From Candidatus Thorarchaeota archaeon (GTDB taxonomy: Archaea; Asgardarchaeota; Thorarchaeia; Thorarchaeales; Thorarchaeaceae): a stretch of 16,709 nt of DNA. Shown in pieces: positions 1-7,589 of this stretch. Below the pieces are notes generated by a model. That model was not told the origin of the DNA and did not search any database. It saw only the letters and a list, made by a program, of their open reading frames with translations. The DNA is taken from the NCBI GenBank assembly GCA_048882385.1, contig JBHLRQ010000072.1:1-16709 (forward strand). Direction: 5' to 3'. Numbering within the stretch: position 1 is the stretch's first letter; each line of letters starts with the position of its first letter. The translations under genes and the position numbers were made by a program.

Positions 1-236
1 CTTGGCAAGACCCTGCAATGATGCAGATTGGAAAGGGTGGTGTGTCAGATAGTGTGGTTGAGGAGGCAAAGAGGCTCCTAAAGAAACATCATTATATCAA
101 GGTCCGCATCTTACGAAATGCAATTGGCAATCATAGCAAGACCGACCTCATGGATCTCCTGTGTCAGAAGACCGGAGCCAAAACTGATGGTTTCCGTGGA
201 AATACTGCAGTAATCTACAAGACCAGGCATATGTGA
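1..236 (+). CDS. yhbY: YhbY/CRM-domain RNA-binding protein, 5'-truncated by the window edge
   Basis: The frame is open from position 3 (WQDPAMMQIGKGG...). The motifs QIGKGG, HHYIKVRILRNA and RGNTAVIYK match the CRM domain. The position upstream of rps19e is the usual archaeal context. Confidence 0.88.
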   Translation, partial: WQDPAMMQIGKGGVSDSVVEEAKRLLKKHHYIKVRILRNAIGNHSKTDLMDLLCQKTGAKTDGFRGNTAVIYKTRHM

Positions 237-270
237 GGTTCTGAGTGATTACTAAAACCGCCAACACAAC

Positions 271-284
271 GATAATCTTTTATG
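271..284 (+). promoter_or_regulatory. Putative BRE/TATA promoter for rps19e
   Basis: GATAATCTTTTATG. The same TTTATG core lies about 27-32 nt upstream of the tRNA gene (13910-13915). Confidence 0.45.
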
Positions 285-311
285 CGGACTCTAGACGGTG
301 GGTCCAGCCTT

Positions 312-358
312 TTGAGATAGGTCATTCGCCGAAATCGTGTGAGGTGACTTGTTCTCAA
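312..358 (+). promoter_or_regulatory. Long imperfect stem-loop in the rps19e 5' leader
   Basis: TTGAGA/TCTCAA, TAGGTCATT/GGTGACTTG (with G-U pairs), CGC/GTG and CG-AAAT-CG give about 20 bp with single-nt bulges. Confidence 0.55.
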
Positions 359-376
359 TGAATTTGGTGACGACAT

Positions 377-829
377 ATGCCAACAGTCTACGATATTCCG
401 GCAAACATCTTGATACGCCGACTCGCACAGGACCTAAAATCCCGAGAGGAGATTACTCCGCCGGACTGGATGCAGTTTGCAAAAACTGGCGCCCATAAGG
501 AGCGAGCACCAGAGGATCCAGATTTCTGGTTTGTCAGGTGTGCAAGCATTCTTCGCAAGATCTACCTCAACGGACCAATTGGCACTGAGAGATTGCGTAT
601 CGACTATGGAGGCAGGAATAGACGCGGTGCAAAGCCCAACAAGTTCCAGAAGGGTAGCGGTGCTATCGTAAGAACCGCTCTTCAACAGCTTGAACGAGCA
701 GGCTTTATCATGAAGCGAGGAACTAAGGGCAGAGAGATGACCGATATTGGTAGATCGTACATGGATAAACTGTCATCAGCATTGAAGAATGAACTCTCAA
801 AAGCAATCCCAGAACTGGAGAAATACTAA
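377..829 (+). CDS. rps19e: 30S ribosomal protein S19e (eS19)
   Basis: Motifs MPTVYDIPA, AKTGAHKERAP, WFVRCASILRKIY and GSGAIVRTALQQLE. GGTGA SD upstream. Confidence 0.98.
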   Translation: MPTVYDIPANILIRRLAQDLKSREEITPPDWMQFAKTGAHKERAPEDPDFWFVRCASILRKIYLNGPIGTERLRIDYGGRNRRGAKPNKFQKGSGAIVRTALQQLERAGFIMKRGTKGREMTDIGRSYMDKLSSALKNELSKAIPELEKY

Positions 830-847
830 GCCGGGTGACAAGGCTCG

Positions 848-1177
848 ATGAGTGATGATGAACTTGAAGCTATACGCCAACGAAAAGAGGCACAACTTCG
901 AGAGCAGGCACTAAGAGAGCAAGCCAACGAGCAGCAGATAGCTGAGGCTCAAGCACAGAAAGAGGCTCTGTTGAGGCAGATCCTCACACCTGAGGCACGC
1001 GCTCGACTTACTAACATCAGAATGGTTAAACCTCAGTTCGCAGAACAGATTGAGATTCAACTCATTCAACTGGCGGGCTCTGGAAGACTAAGAGAGCGAA
1101 TAACCGATGAACAACTGAAAGGCCTCCTGAAACAACTCCAGGGAAAGGAACGCGAACGGAAAATTTCGTTCAGATAA
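848..1177 (+). CDS. PDCD5/TFAR19-family dsDNA-binding protein
   Basis: Motifs DDELEAIRQRK, LRQILTPEARARLTNIRMVKP and ITDEQLKGLL. Conserved position after rps19e. Confidence 0.95.
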   Translation: MSDDELEAIRQRKEAQLREQALREQANEQQIAEAQAQKEALLRQILTPEARARLTNIRMVKPQFAEQIEIQLIQLAGSGRLRERITDEQLKGLLKQLQGKERERKISFR

Positions 1178-1199
1178 TGGACTGCGATAGGTGAAGAAA

Positions 1200-1355
1200 A
1201 TGGCACGAAACAAGCCACTAGCGAAGAAGCTGAGAATGGCCAAAGCAATGAGAAGTAACTCCTCTGTCCCCACATGGGTCATCGTTAAAACAGGTGGTAG
1301 ACTGAGAAGAACACCTTCGCAGAGGAATTGGCGTCAGTCTAAGCTAAAGCCATAG
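1200..1355 (+). CDS. rpl39e: 50S ribosomal protein L39e (51 aa, absent from the ORF track)
   Basis: Manual translation: MARNKPLAKKLRMAKAMRSNSSVPTWVIVKTGGRLRRTPSQRNWRQSKLKP*. AGGTGA SD upstream, and it directly precedes rpl31e. Confidence 0.96.
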   Translation: MARNKPLAKKLRMAKAMRSNSSVPTWVIVKTGGRLRRTPSQRNWRQSKLKP

Positions 1356-1369
1356 TCAGGTGGGTATAG

Positions 1370-1762
1370 ATGTCTAAGAAGAAAAAGAAAGAACCAAAAG
1401 CTGAGGTTTCTGAAGAGGAACCTGAGATTGAAGAAGCTCCCACCGAAGACACCGAGGTAGTTGAAGCAGTTCCTGAGGAAGTAGAACCAGAAGAGGAAGA
1501 AGAGATTATAGACGAGCGGATTTACACAGTGCCCTTGAGAAAGGCATACTGGACTGGAAGTCGGCTTAGAAGGTCTAACAAAGCAGTCAAGGTTCTACGA
1601 GAATTTGTGGAAAGGCACATGAAACCCGAGGAATTACTTATCCAACCTGAAGTCAATGAACGAATCTGGGCAAGAGGAATTCAAAAGCCACCTAGAAGAG
1701 TGAGGATTCGAGCGACCAAGAACTCAGAAAATCTTGTGCGCGTCTATCTTGCGGAGGGATAG
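1370..1762 (+). CDS. rpl31e: 50S ribosomal protein L31e with acidic N-terminal extension
   Basis: Motifs ERIYTVPLRKA, RSNKAVKVLREFVERHMK and VNERIWARGIQKPPRRVRIR. Confidence 0.97.
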   Translation: MSKKKKKEPKAEVSEEEPEIEEAPTEDTEVVEAVPEEVEPEEEEEIIDERIYTVPLRKAYWTGSRLRRSNKAVKVLREFVERHMKPEELLIQPEVNERIWARGIQKPPRRVRIRATKNSENLVRVYLAEG

Positions 1763-1768
1763 TCCAAA

Positions 1769-2434
1769 ATGATCGCCCGAACCGACTTCGAGGGCGATTC
1801 TAATGTTGGAGCTTACGGAATCGCCACAGACAGTTTTGTATTTACAAGCTCTAATATGTCTGAGAAAGGATTAGACACAATCGAGAGGACTTTCAATTTA
1901 CCTCTCGTTCAGTCAACAATTGCCACACTGGATGCAATAGGGCTAGTATCAGTAGCGACGTCTAATGGCATTCTTGTCCCATACACAACCACTGATGAGG
2001 AACTGGAGCAGATTAAAACTGCTTCAGAAGTGAATGTTGATTGGATTGATGACAAGATGACAGCACTTGGTAATATTATCATTGCAAATGATAATGGAGC
2101 AATGTGTCATCCTGATTTCAATTTCAAGGCAAGACAGAAAATTTCAGACACACTTGGAGTTGAAGTTGTTTCTGGTAGTATTGCTAAACTGCCAATTGTT
2201 GGGGCAAACACTGTGGCAACGAATAGAGGAGCAATTGTGCATCCTCTGGCAACTGCTGGAGAGATAGAACTGCTAGCACAGCTGTTAAAAGTACACGTCG
2301 AGGTCGGAACTGTGAACAGAGGAAGCCCGTACACTAGTCTAGGTGTATTGGCAAATGTCGATGGAATGATTGCAGGGACTGACACAACTGGTGTTGAACT
2401 GGCTCACATAAGCCAAGTCCTGGGATTTGTATGA
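1769..2434 (+). CDS. eif6: Translation initiation factor 6 (aIF6)
   Basis: Motifs FEGDSNVGAY, TALGNIIIANDNGAMCHPD, ATNRGAIVHP, GTVNRGSPY and TTGVEL. Confidence 0.97.
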   Translation: MIARTDFEGDSNVGAYGIATDSFVFTSSNMSEKGLDTIERTFNLPLVQSTIATLDAIGLVSVATSNGILVPYTTTDEELEQIKTASEVNVDWIDDKMTALGNIIIANDNGAMCHPDFNFKARQKISDTLGVEVVSGSIAKLPIVGANTVATNRGAIVHPLATAGEIELLAQLLKVHVEVGTVNRGSPYTSLGVLANVDGMIAGTDTTGVELAHISQVLGFV

Positions 2435-2449
2435 TGAGGTGTAATTTGG

Positions 2450-2689
2450 ATGTCAAAAATCTGGCGTGCAACAGGTGAGTACAAGAAAAAGAAGAGAAGT
2501 TTCTCTTTCACTAGAGAGTTACTTGCTGAGAAGGAATCACATGTCAGGGAGAAGATACTCTCTGAGCTTGGCAGTCGTCATAGAGTGAAACGAAGAGAGA
2601 TTGAGATTAAGGAAATCAAGGAAATAAAACCCGAGGAAGTTCAAAATCTGGATCTCAGAAAAATACTAGGCCTGGAGACGGAGTTCTGA
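2450..2689 (+). CDS. rpl18a: 50S ribosomal protein L18Ae/LX (eL20)
   Basis: Motif EKILSELGSRHRVKRREIEIKEI. Canonical position between eif6 and pfdA. Confidence 0.93.
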   Translation: MSKIWRATGEYKKKKRSFSFTRELLAEKESHVREKILSELGSRHRVKRREIEIKEIKEIKPEEVQNLDLRKILGLETEF

Positions 2690-3138
2690 TGACTGAAGAT
2701 CAGCAGAAGCTGCTTCAAAGAATCTATACCGAACAACAGATGACTGAATCAAATCTTGGTCTGATGCAACAACGTATAGAGGCAATTCAAGTATACCTTA
2801 CAAACTACCGGTCCGGTCTAATGGTTCTTGAGGAAATTGAGAAGAAGGGGGAAGGGGAGGAGTTGTTGATTAATGTTGGTGGAAGCATCTTCGTTGAAGC
2901 CAAGCTTATGAACCCGAATAAAGTGACTCGTGGACTTGGAAGTGGGATTAGAATAGAACAAAGTGTTAAAGATGCAAAGGAAGTAGTTACTGGTGCTGTT
3001 GAGAGTCTTGAGCAGCAATATGAGAAACTGGTGCAGGATTATCAGAAACTTCTACAACGTGCTTCTATTCTCAATGCACAATTTCAACAACTCGCGGCAC
3101 AGATACAGAGTACTCAGTCCCCTGATGAGGAGGAGTAA
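2689..3138 (+). CDS. pfdA: Prefoldin subunit alpha
   Basis: Coiled coils flank ELLINVGGSIFVEAK...KVTRGLGSGIRIEQS. TGATG stop/start overlap with the upstream gene. Confidence 0.93.
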   Translation: MTEDQQKLLQRIYTEQQMTESNLGLMQQRIEAIQVYLTNYRSGLMVLEEIEKKGEGEELLINVGGSIFVEAKLMNPNKVTRGLGSGIRIEQSVKDAKEVVTGAVESLEQQYEKLVQDYQKLLQRASILNAQFQQLAAQIQSTQSPDEEE

Positions 3139-3142
3139 GTGA

Positions 3143-4054
3143 TTGTTCGAAAAGCTCAGAGGAGCTATTGACACTGCCGTCACAAAAGCTACCACCAAGG
3201 AGCTCAATGAAAAGAGTCTTGCTAATGCAGTTTGGGAGCTGCAGATGGTCTTGATTCAGAATGATGTAGCTGTTGAAGTAGCAGAACATATCTGTGATCT
3301 AACAAAAGAGAAACTGCTTGGGACTAGAACAGGAAGACTGGAGAATGTCAGCAAGTTCTTCAAGACTGCAATTCTAGAGTCTGTACTTGAAGTGCTCACA
3401 CCGAAACATCCGGTAGATCCAATTGAATTCGCGGCTGAAAAGAAACAGAAAGGAGAACCTACGACAATCTTGTTTGTAGGAGTCAATGGAACAGGTAAGA
3501 CCACAACACTCGCAAAGATGGCTAGTATCTTTAAACAAAAAGGATTCACTGTGGTCATTGCGGCAGGTGACACATTTCGTGCCGGAAGCATTGAGCAGCT
3601 TGAGAAACACGCTCAGAGACTTGACATACGAGTCATAAAGCAGGACTACGGGTCAGATGCTGCTGCCATAGCGTATGATGCAATTGCGCATGCAAAGGCC
3701 AGACATATTGACATTGTACTTATTGATACTGCTGGAAGAATGCAGAGTAACAAGAACCTACTTGAGGAAATGAAAAAGATAGTTCGCGTCGCACAACCAG
3801 ATTTGAAGATTTTCGTTGGAGATGCGCTTGCTGGAAATGATGCACTTTCTCAAGCAAAGGAGTTTCATAATGCAATAGGTATTGATGGAGCCATCTTGAC
3901 AAAAGTTGATGCAGATCCCTCTGGTGGCGCTGCTCTCTCTATTGCGTATATTACAGGAAGACCTGTGATATATGTGGGAGTAGGCCAGAATTATGGTGAT
4001 CTCAGGAGATTCGATCCTGACTGGTTTGCTCAGAGACTTATTGCTGATAATTGA
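3143..4054 (+). CDS. ftsY: SRP receptor FtsY (NG domain)
   Basis: Motifs GVNGTGKTTT, GDTFRAGS, DTAGR, TKVD and GVGQ. TTG start. Confidence 0.97.
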   Translation: MFEKLRGAIDTAVTKATTKELNEKSLANAVWELQMVLIQNDVAVEVAEHICDLTKEKLLGTRTGRLENVSKFFKTAILESVLEVLTPKHPVDPIEFAAEKKQKGEPTTILFVGVNGTGKTTTLAKMASIFKQKGFTVVIAAGDTFRAGSIEQLEKHAQRLDIRVIKQDYGSDAAAIAYDAIAHAKARHIDIVLIDTAGRMQSNKNLLEEMKKIVRVAQPDLKIFVGDALAGNDALSQAKEFHNAIGIDGAILTKVDADPSGGAALSIAYITGRPVIYVGVGQNYGDLRRFDPDWFAQRLIADN

Positions 4055-4066
4055 ATAAGTGGGCAG

Positions 4067-4076
4067 TTTTTTATAG
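4067..4076 (+). promoter_or_regulatory. T-tract/TATA box between ftsY and argF
   Basis: TTTTTTATAG lies about 46 nt upstream of the argF start. It could act as the ftsY terminator and/or the argF TATA box. Confidence 0.4.
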
Positions 4077-4121
4077 GACTCACCAATGATGGGCGTCTTA
4101 GATAGCTCTGAGGTGTGACTA

Positions 4122-5045
4122 TTGAGCTTGAAAGGTAGAAATTTCGTTGATCTTGCGGACTTTGAAAGGTTCGAGCTTAGACAGTTTTTGGATGCTGGTC
4201 ATGACCTGAAACGAAAACAGAAACGAGGCGAACCTCATGAGGTGCTAAAAGGTAAATCTATGGCAATGATCTTCATGAAATCTTCAACAAGAACGCGTGT
4301 TTCATTCGAGGTAGGGATGACTCAACTGGGAGGTCATGCACTCTTCCTTCAACCAAGTGGCACTCAACTTGGAAGAGGAGAAACAATCGCTGATACTGCT
4401 CAGGTTTTGGGTAGATATTGTGATGTCATTATGGCACGTGTTTTTGGACATGATGAAGTGATTGACCTCGCAAAATACGCGGGTGTGCCTGTAATCAATG
4501 GTTTATCAGATTTACTTCATCCTTGTCAGATAATGGCAGATATGATGACAATTGAGGAGCATAAGGCTAAGCTGGAAGGTTTGAAAATCGCATATGTTGG
4601 GGATTCTAACAACGTCAGTAATTCTATAATGCAGGGCTGCACAATCATGGGAATGGATGTAACTATAGGGTCTCCAAAAGGATACACTCCTTCAGAAGAT
4701 ATGATGAAGAAGGCGACTGCTCTGAGCAAGAGATATGGAACCACCTTGAATGTTGAGAATAATGCTGCTGATGCTGTGAAAGGCGCAGATGTGATCTATA
4801 CTGACACATTCTTCAGTATGGGACAGGAGAAGTCAAAGGAGAAAGAGGAAGCTTTGATGCCATTCCAAGTGAATGATGCTCTTGTTGGAAAAGCAAAGAA
4901 AGATGTCATTGTCATGCACTGTCTACCAGCACACCGTGATGAAGAACTCACATCTAAAGTGATGGATGGACCTCATTCAGTTGTGTTTGATCAGGCTGAG
5001 AACCGCTTGCATGCACAAAAAGGAATCCTTGCTCTCATCGTTTAA
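4122..5045 (+). CDS. argF: Ornithine carbamoyltransferase
   Basis: Motifs STRTR, HPCQ, SMG, HCLP and DQAENRLHAQK. TTG start with GAGGTG SD. Confidence 0.97.
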   Translation: MSLKGRNFVDLADFERFELRQFLDAGHDLKRKQKRGEPHEVLKGKSMAMIFMKSSTRTRVSFEVGMTQLGGHALFLQPSGTQLGRGETIADTAQVLGRYCDVIMARVFGHDEVIDLAKYAGVPVINGLSDLLHPCQIMADMMTIEEHKAKLEGLKIAYVGDSNNVSNSIMQGCTIMGMDVTIGSPKGYTPSEDMMKKATALSKRYGTTLNVENNAADAVKGADVIYTDTFFSMGQEKSKEKEEALMPFQVNDALVGKAKKDVIVMHCLPAHRDEELTSKVMDGPHSVVFDQAENRLHAQKGILALIV

Positions 5046-5057
5046 GAGGCGGATGTC

Positions 5058-6053
5058 TTGTCCGGTGAAATTGTCGCAATTGGCAGAATCAACATTGACA
5101 TCAACATGAGAGTGAGTACACTACCCAAGGCAAATGACCATGTAATTTGCGAAGAGGGGCGAATAGCCTTTGGTGGATCTGCGGCCAATTTCGCAACACA
5201 GAGCGCAAGATTAGGTGTGAAGACCGCTCTCGTGAGTTGTCTAGGTGATGATACCTATGGTCAACTAGCAGCAAAAGCGATTGCAAATGCAGGTGTTGAA
5301 ACTAGTTGTCTTGTGGTTCTAGAGAAACAGTCCACAGGGATTTTCTTTTATGTTCATGATTCAGCAAATGAACGAATTGTAGTTGTTGAACCAGGAGCTA
5401 ATAGGTTCCTCGAAAAACATCTTTTCGAAGAAGACAAGCTAGTCAATGCTCAACTGGTACATGTTGCGGGATCATTTCCAATGATGATAGATCGCGTAAC
5501 AAATGTAACGACTTCAAACGGTATGATAATGTCACTTGATCCAGGAAGAGCGGGAGGAGATCTTGATTATGAGAAGGTGCTTCGTGCAACTGATCTTCTT
5601 TTTGTGAACCAGAGAGAGCTGAAGGAATACTTCAAGATCAACCCAAATGAACGAGCCCTTCGTGCTTTTGCCAAGACATTTCCAGGTGTTATTGTTGTTA
5701 AAATGGGAAAGAGGGGGGCGATTGCTACTGATGGGTTCGAGTATTGTACATCAGAGGTTTTTGAAGTGCCAGTCGTGGACACACTTGGGGCTGGAGATTC
5801 TTTTGCAGCAGGGTTTGTAACAGCTTGGATGAGATCTGAGAGGATTGAACAGGCATTAAATGTTGCAAATGCAGTTGCAGCTCTCACAATTACCAAAGCA
5901 GGAGCACAAAATGGTCAACCAAATCTGGAGGAGGTTGACAAACTTCTTCGAAGACATCAGATTTCCATCGATTCTATCTTAAAGACATTCAGACCCAAAA
6001 CACGAAGAAAACCCAAGGGTAAACCCAAAGGGAAGAAAAAGAGTCGACGCTGA
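5058..6053 (+). CDS. PfkB/ribokinase-family carbohydrate or nucleoside kinase
   Basis: PfkB signatures GGSAAN and VVDTLGAGDSFAAGF, plus NQRE and ANAVAA. Substrate cannot be assigned. Confidence 0.92.
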   Translation: MSGEIVAIGRINIDINMRVSTLPKANDHVICEEGRIAFGGSAANFATQSARLGVKTALVSCLGDDTYGQLAAKAIANAGVETSCLVVLEKQSTGIFFYVHDSANERIVVVEPGANRFLEKHLFEEDKLVNAQLVHVAGSFPMMIDRVTNVTTSNGMIMSLDPGRAGGDLDYEKVLRATDLLFVNQRELKEYFKINPNERALRAFAKTFPGVIVVKMGKRGAIATDGFEYCTSEVFEVPVVDTLGAGDSFAAGFVTAWMRSERIEQALNVANAVAALTITKAGAQNGQPNLEEVDKLLRRHQISIDSILKTFRPKTRRKPKGKPKGKKKSRR

Positions 6054-6084
6054 GGAGTAATACCTGGGTAGTATTCCACTTTTT
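6054..6084 (+). terminator. Possible hairpin + T5 terminator after the pfkB kinase
   Basis: GGAGTA-A-TAC-CTGG-GTA-G-TATTCC is followed by ACTTTTT. Confidence 0.4.
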
Positions 6085-6102
6085 GTTACAACAATACCTG
6101 GG
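6059..6102 (+). repeat. 10-bp direct repeat AATACCTGGG x2 upstream of ftsZ
   Basis: Exact copies at 6059-6068 and 6093-6102. Confidence 0.7.
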
Positions 6103-6132
6103 AAATACATCATCCAGATGTGAGTGGTATAT

Positions 6133-7260
6133 ATGCACCCATTGTTAGAAGAGGTCCTTAAGTCATCAAGCGGAAAACGCGAAACACCAGCAAAGAAAAC
6201 CAAGAAAGTACCAAGATCAGCCACAACTGATGAGGAACTAGCCGAGCTGTTAGAATCTGTGAGCGCTAGAATATTGGTTGTCGGTGTTGGCGGTGCGGGT
6301 AACAACGCGATAACTCGTCTCATGGAAGTAGGTGTAGAGGGAGCTGAAACTCTTGCAGCAAATACAGATGCTCAAGACCTCTACTTTTGTAATTCTCATC
6401 ATAAACTGCTTCTTGGAAAGGAAACCTGCGGAGGTCTGGGTGCAGGAAACGACCCAGATATTGGTGAAGCTGCAGCAATTGAAACATATCCAGATATCAA
6501 AGATGCAGTCGTAGGTGACCTTGTCTTCATTACTGCGGGAATGGGTGGAGGAACTGGAACTGGTGCAGCAGCTCATATCGCAAAGGCAGCAAAAGAGAAT
6601 GGCGCGTTAACTGTAGCCATAGTATGTCTACCATTTGATGTGGAGGGTGCTACAAGGAAGAAGAATGCAACTAGGGGTCTCAATGCGTTGATGGAACATG
6701 TAGACACTCTCATTGCAATACCAAACGAGAAACTTCTGGAGATTGCACCAGACCTCTCAATGCCAGAAGCGTTTATGGTTGCGGATGAAGTACTTGTGCG
6801 AGCTGTAAAGGGAATTGCTGAGCTCATCTCAAAACCAGGTCTTGTCAATCTGGACTTTGCAGACGTTCGTACAACGATGAGGAATGGCGGAGTATCTATC
6901 ATTGCACTTGGTGAGGCAAGAGGAGATGATCGAGCAGAAGAGGCTGTCATCAATGCACTTCGTAATCCACTGATAGATGTATCAATTGAGAATGCTCGAA
7001 ACATTCTCGTGAATGTTAGTGGAAGCGCTGATCTACAATTGCTTGAAGCAAAGCGAGTTGTTGAACTTGTAACTGAGCAGGTCAATCCTGGTGCTGAGGT
7101 CATATATGGTGCTCTCATAGTTCCTGAATTAGAAGATAGACTACGAGTGACAATAATTGCCGCAGGTGTGAGCTCACCATACGTTTTTGATAAGACTGAA
7201 CCCTTCACACCTCTTGTAGAAGACCTGAAGAGCGATTTGGGAATCCCGAAGCTCACGTAG
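6133..7260 (+). CDS. ftsZ: Cell division protein FtsZ (FtsZ1-type by context); start ATG 6133 or GTG 6124
   Basis: Motifs [24 protein letters not shown] and T7 loop GLVNLDFAD. The ftsZ-secE-spt5-rpl11 order is typical of archaeal ftsZ1. Confidence 0.97.
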   Translation: MHPLLEEVLKSSSGKRETPAKKTKKVPRSATTDEELAELLESVSARILVVGVGGAGNNAITRLMEVGVEGAETLAANTDAQDLYFCNSHHKLLLGKETCGGLGAGNDPDIGEAAAIETYPDIKDAVVGDLVFITAGMGGGTGTGAAAHIAKAAKENGALTVAIVCLPFDVEGATRKKNATRGLNALMEHVDTLIAIPNEKLLEIAPDLSMPEAFMVADEVLVRAVKGIAELISKPGLVNLDFADVRTTMRNGGVSIIALGEARGDDRAEEAVINALRNPLIDVSIENARNILVNVSGSADLQLLEAKRVVELVTEQVNPGAEVIYGALIVPELEDRLRVTIIAAGVSSPYVFDKTEPFTPLVEDLKSDLGIPKLT

Positions 7261-7360
7261 TCAAACTTGGTTAGTCAGCAAATGTTAAAAGTGAACCAAG
7301 ATAGACTGCAACCGACTCCAGTAACTGCTACAGCAGTATAGTACAAGGATGTGAATAGAA

Positions 7361-7543
7361 ATGGGTGTTGGTGAATTCATCAACGAGAGTAGACGAATCC
7401 TGAAACTGGCAACAAAGCCTTCCAGAAAGGAACTTTGGATGAGCACTAGAGTAAGTCTACTGGCTATGATCCTTGTTGGAGCAGTCAGCTTCATAATCCA
7501 GATTATAATGACCCTACTCACAAGTAACTGGGGTGTCTATTAG
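7361..7543 (+). CDS. secE: Protein translocase SecE/Sec61-gamma
   Basis: ESRRILKLATKPSRKEL is followed by one transmembrane helix. It lies between ftsZ and spt5. Confidence 0.95.
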   Translation: MGVGEFINESRRILKLATKPSRKELWMSTRVSLLAMILVGAVSFIIQIIMTLLTSNWGVY

Positions 7544-7589
7544 ACAGCCAATAGGGGCATGAAGCTTCTGACATTTGGAGGGTTCTCTC

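Noticed and set aside
234-358. Selenocysteine readthrough of the yhbY TGA with the downstream hairpin as a SECIS
   Set aside because: The domain is complete at the TGA, another in-frame TGA follows 4 codons later, and the hairpin lacks a recognisable SECIS core.
6573-7256. 227-aa antisense ORF, and similar shadow ORFs such as 8969-9454, 3256-3591, 5567-5896, 9950-10315 and 15221-15583
   Set aside because: They lie opposite well-conserved genes, have Ser/Thr-rich shadow composition, and show no recognisable motifs.
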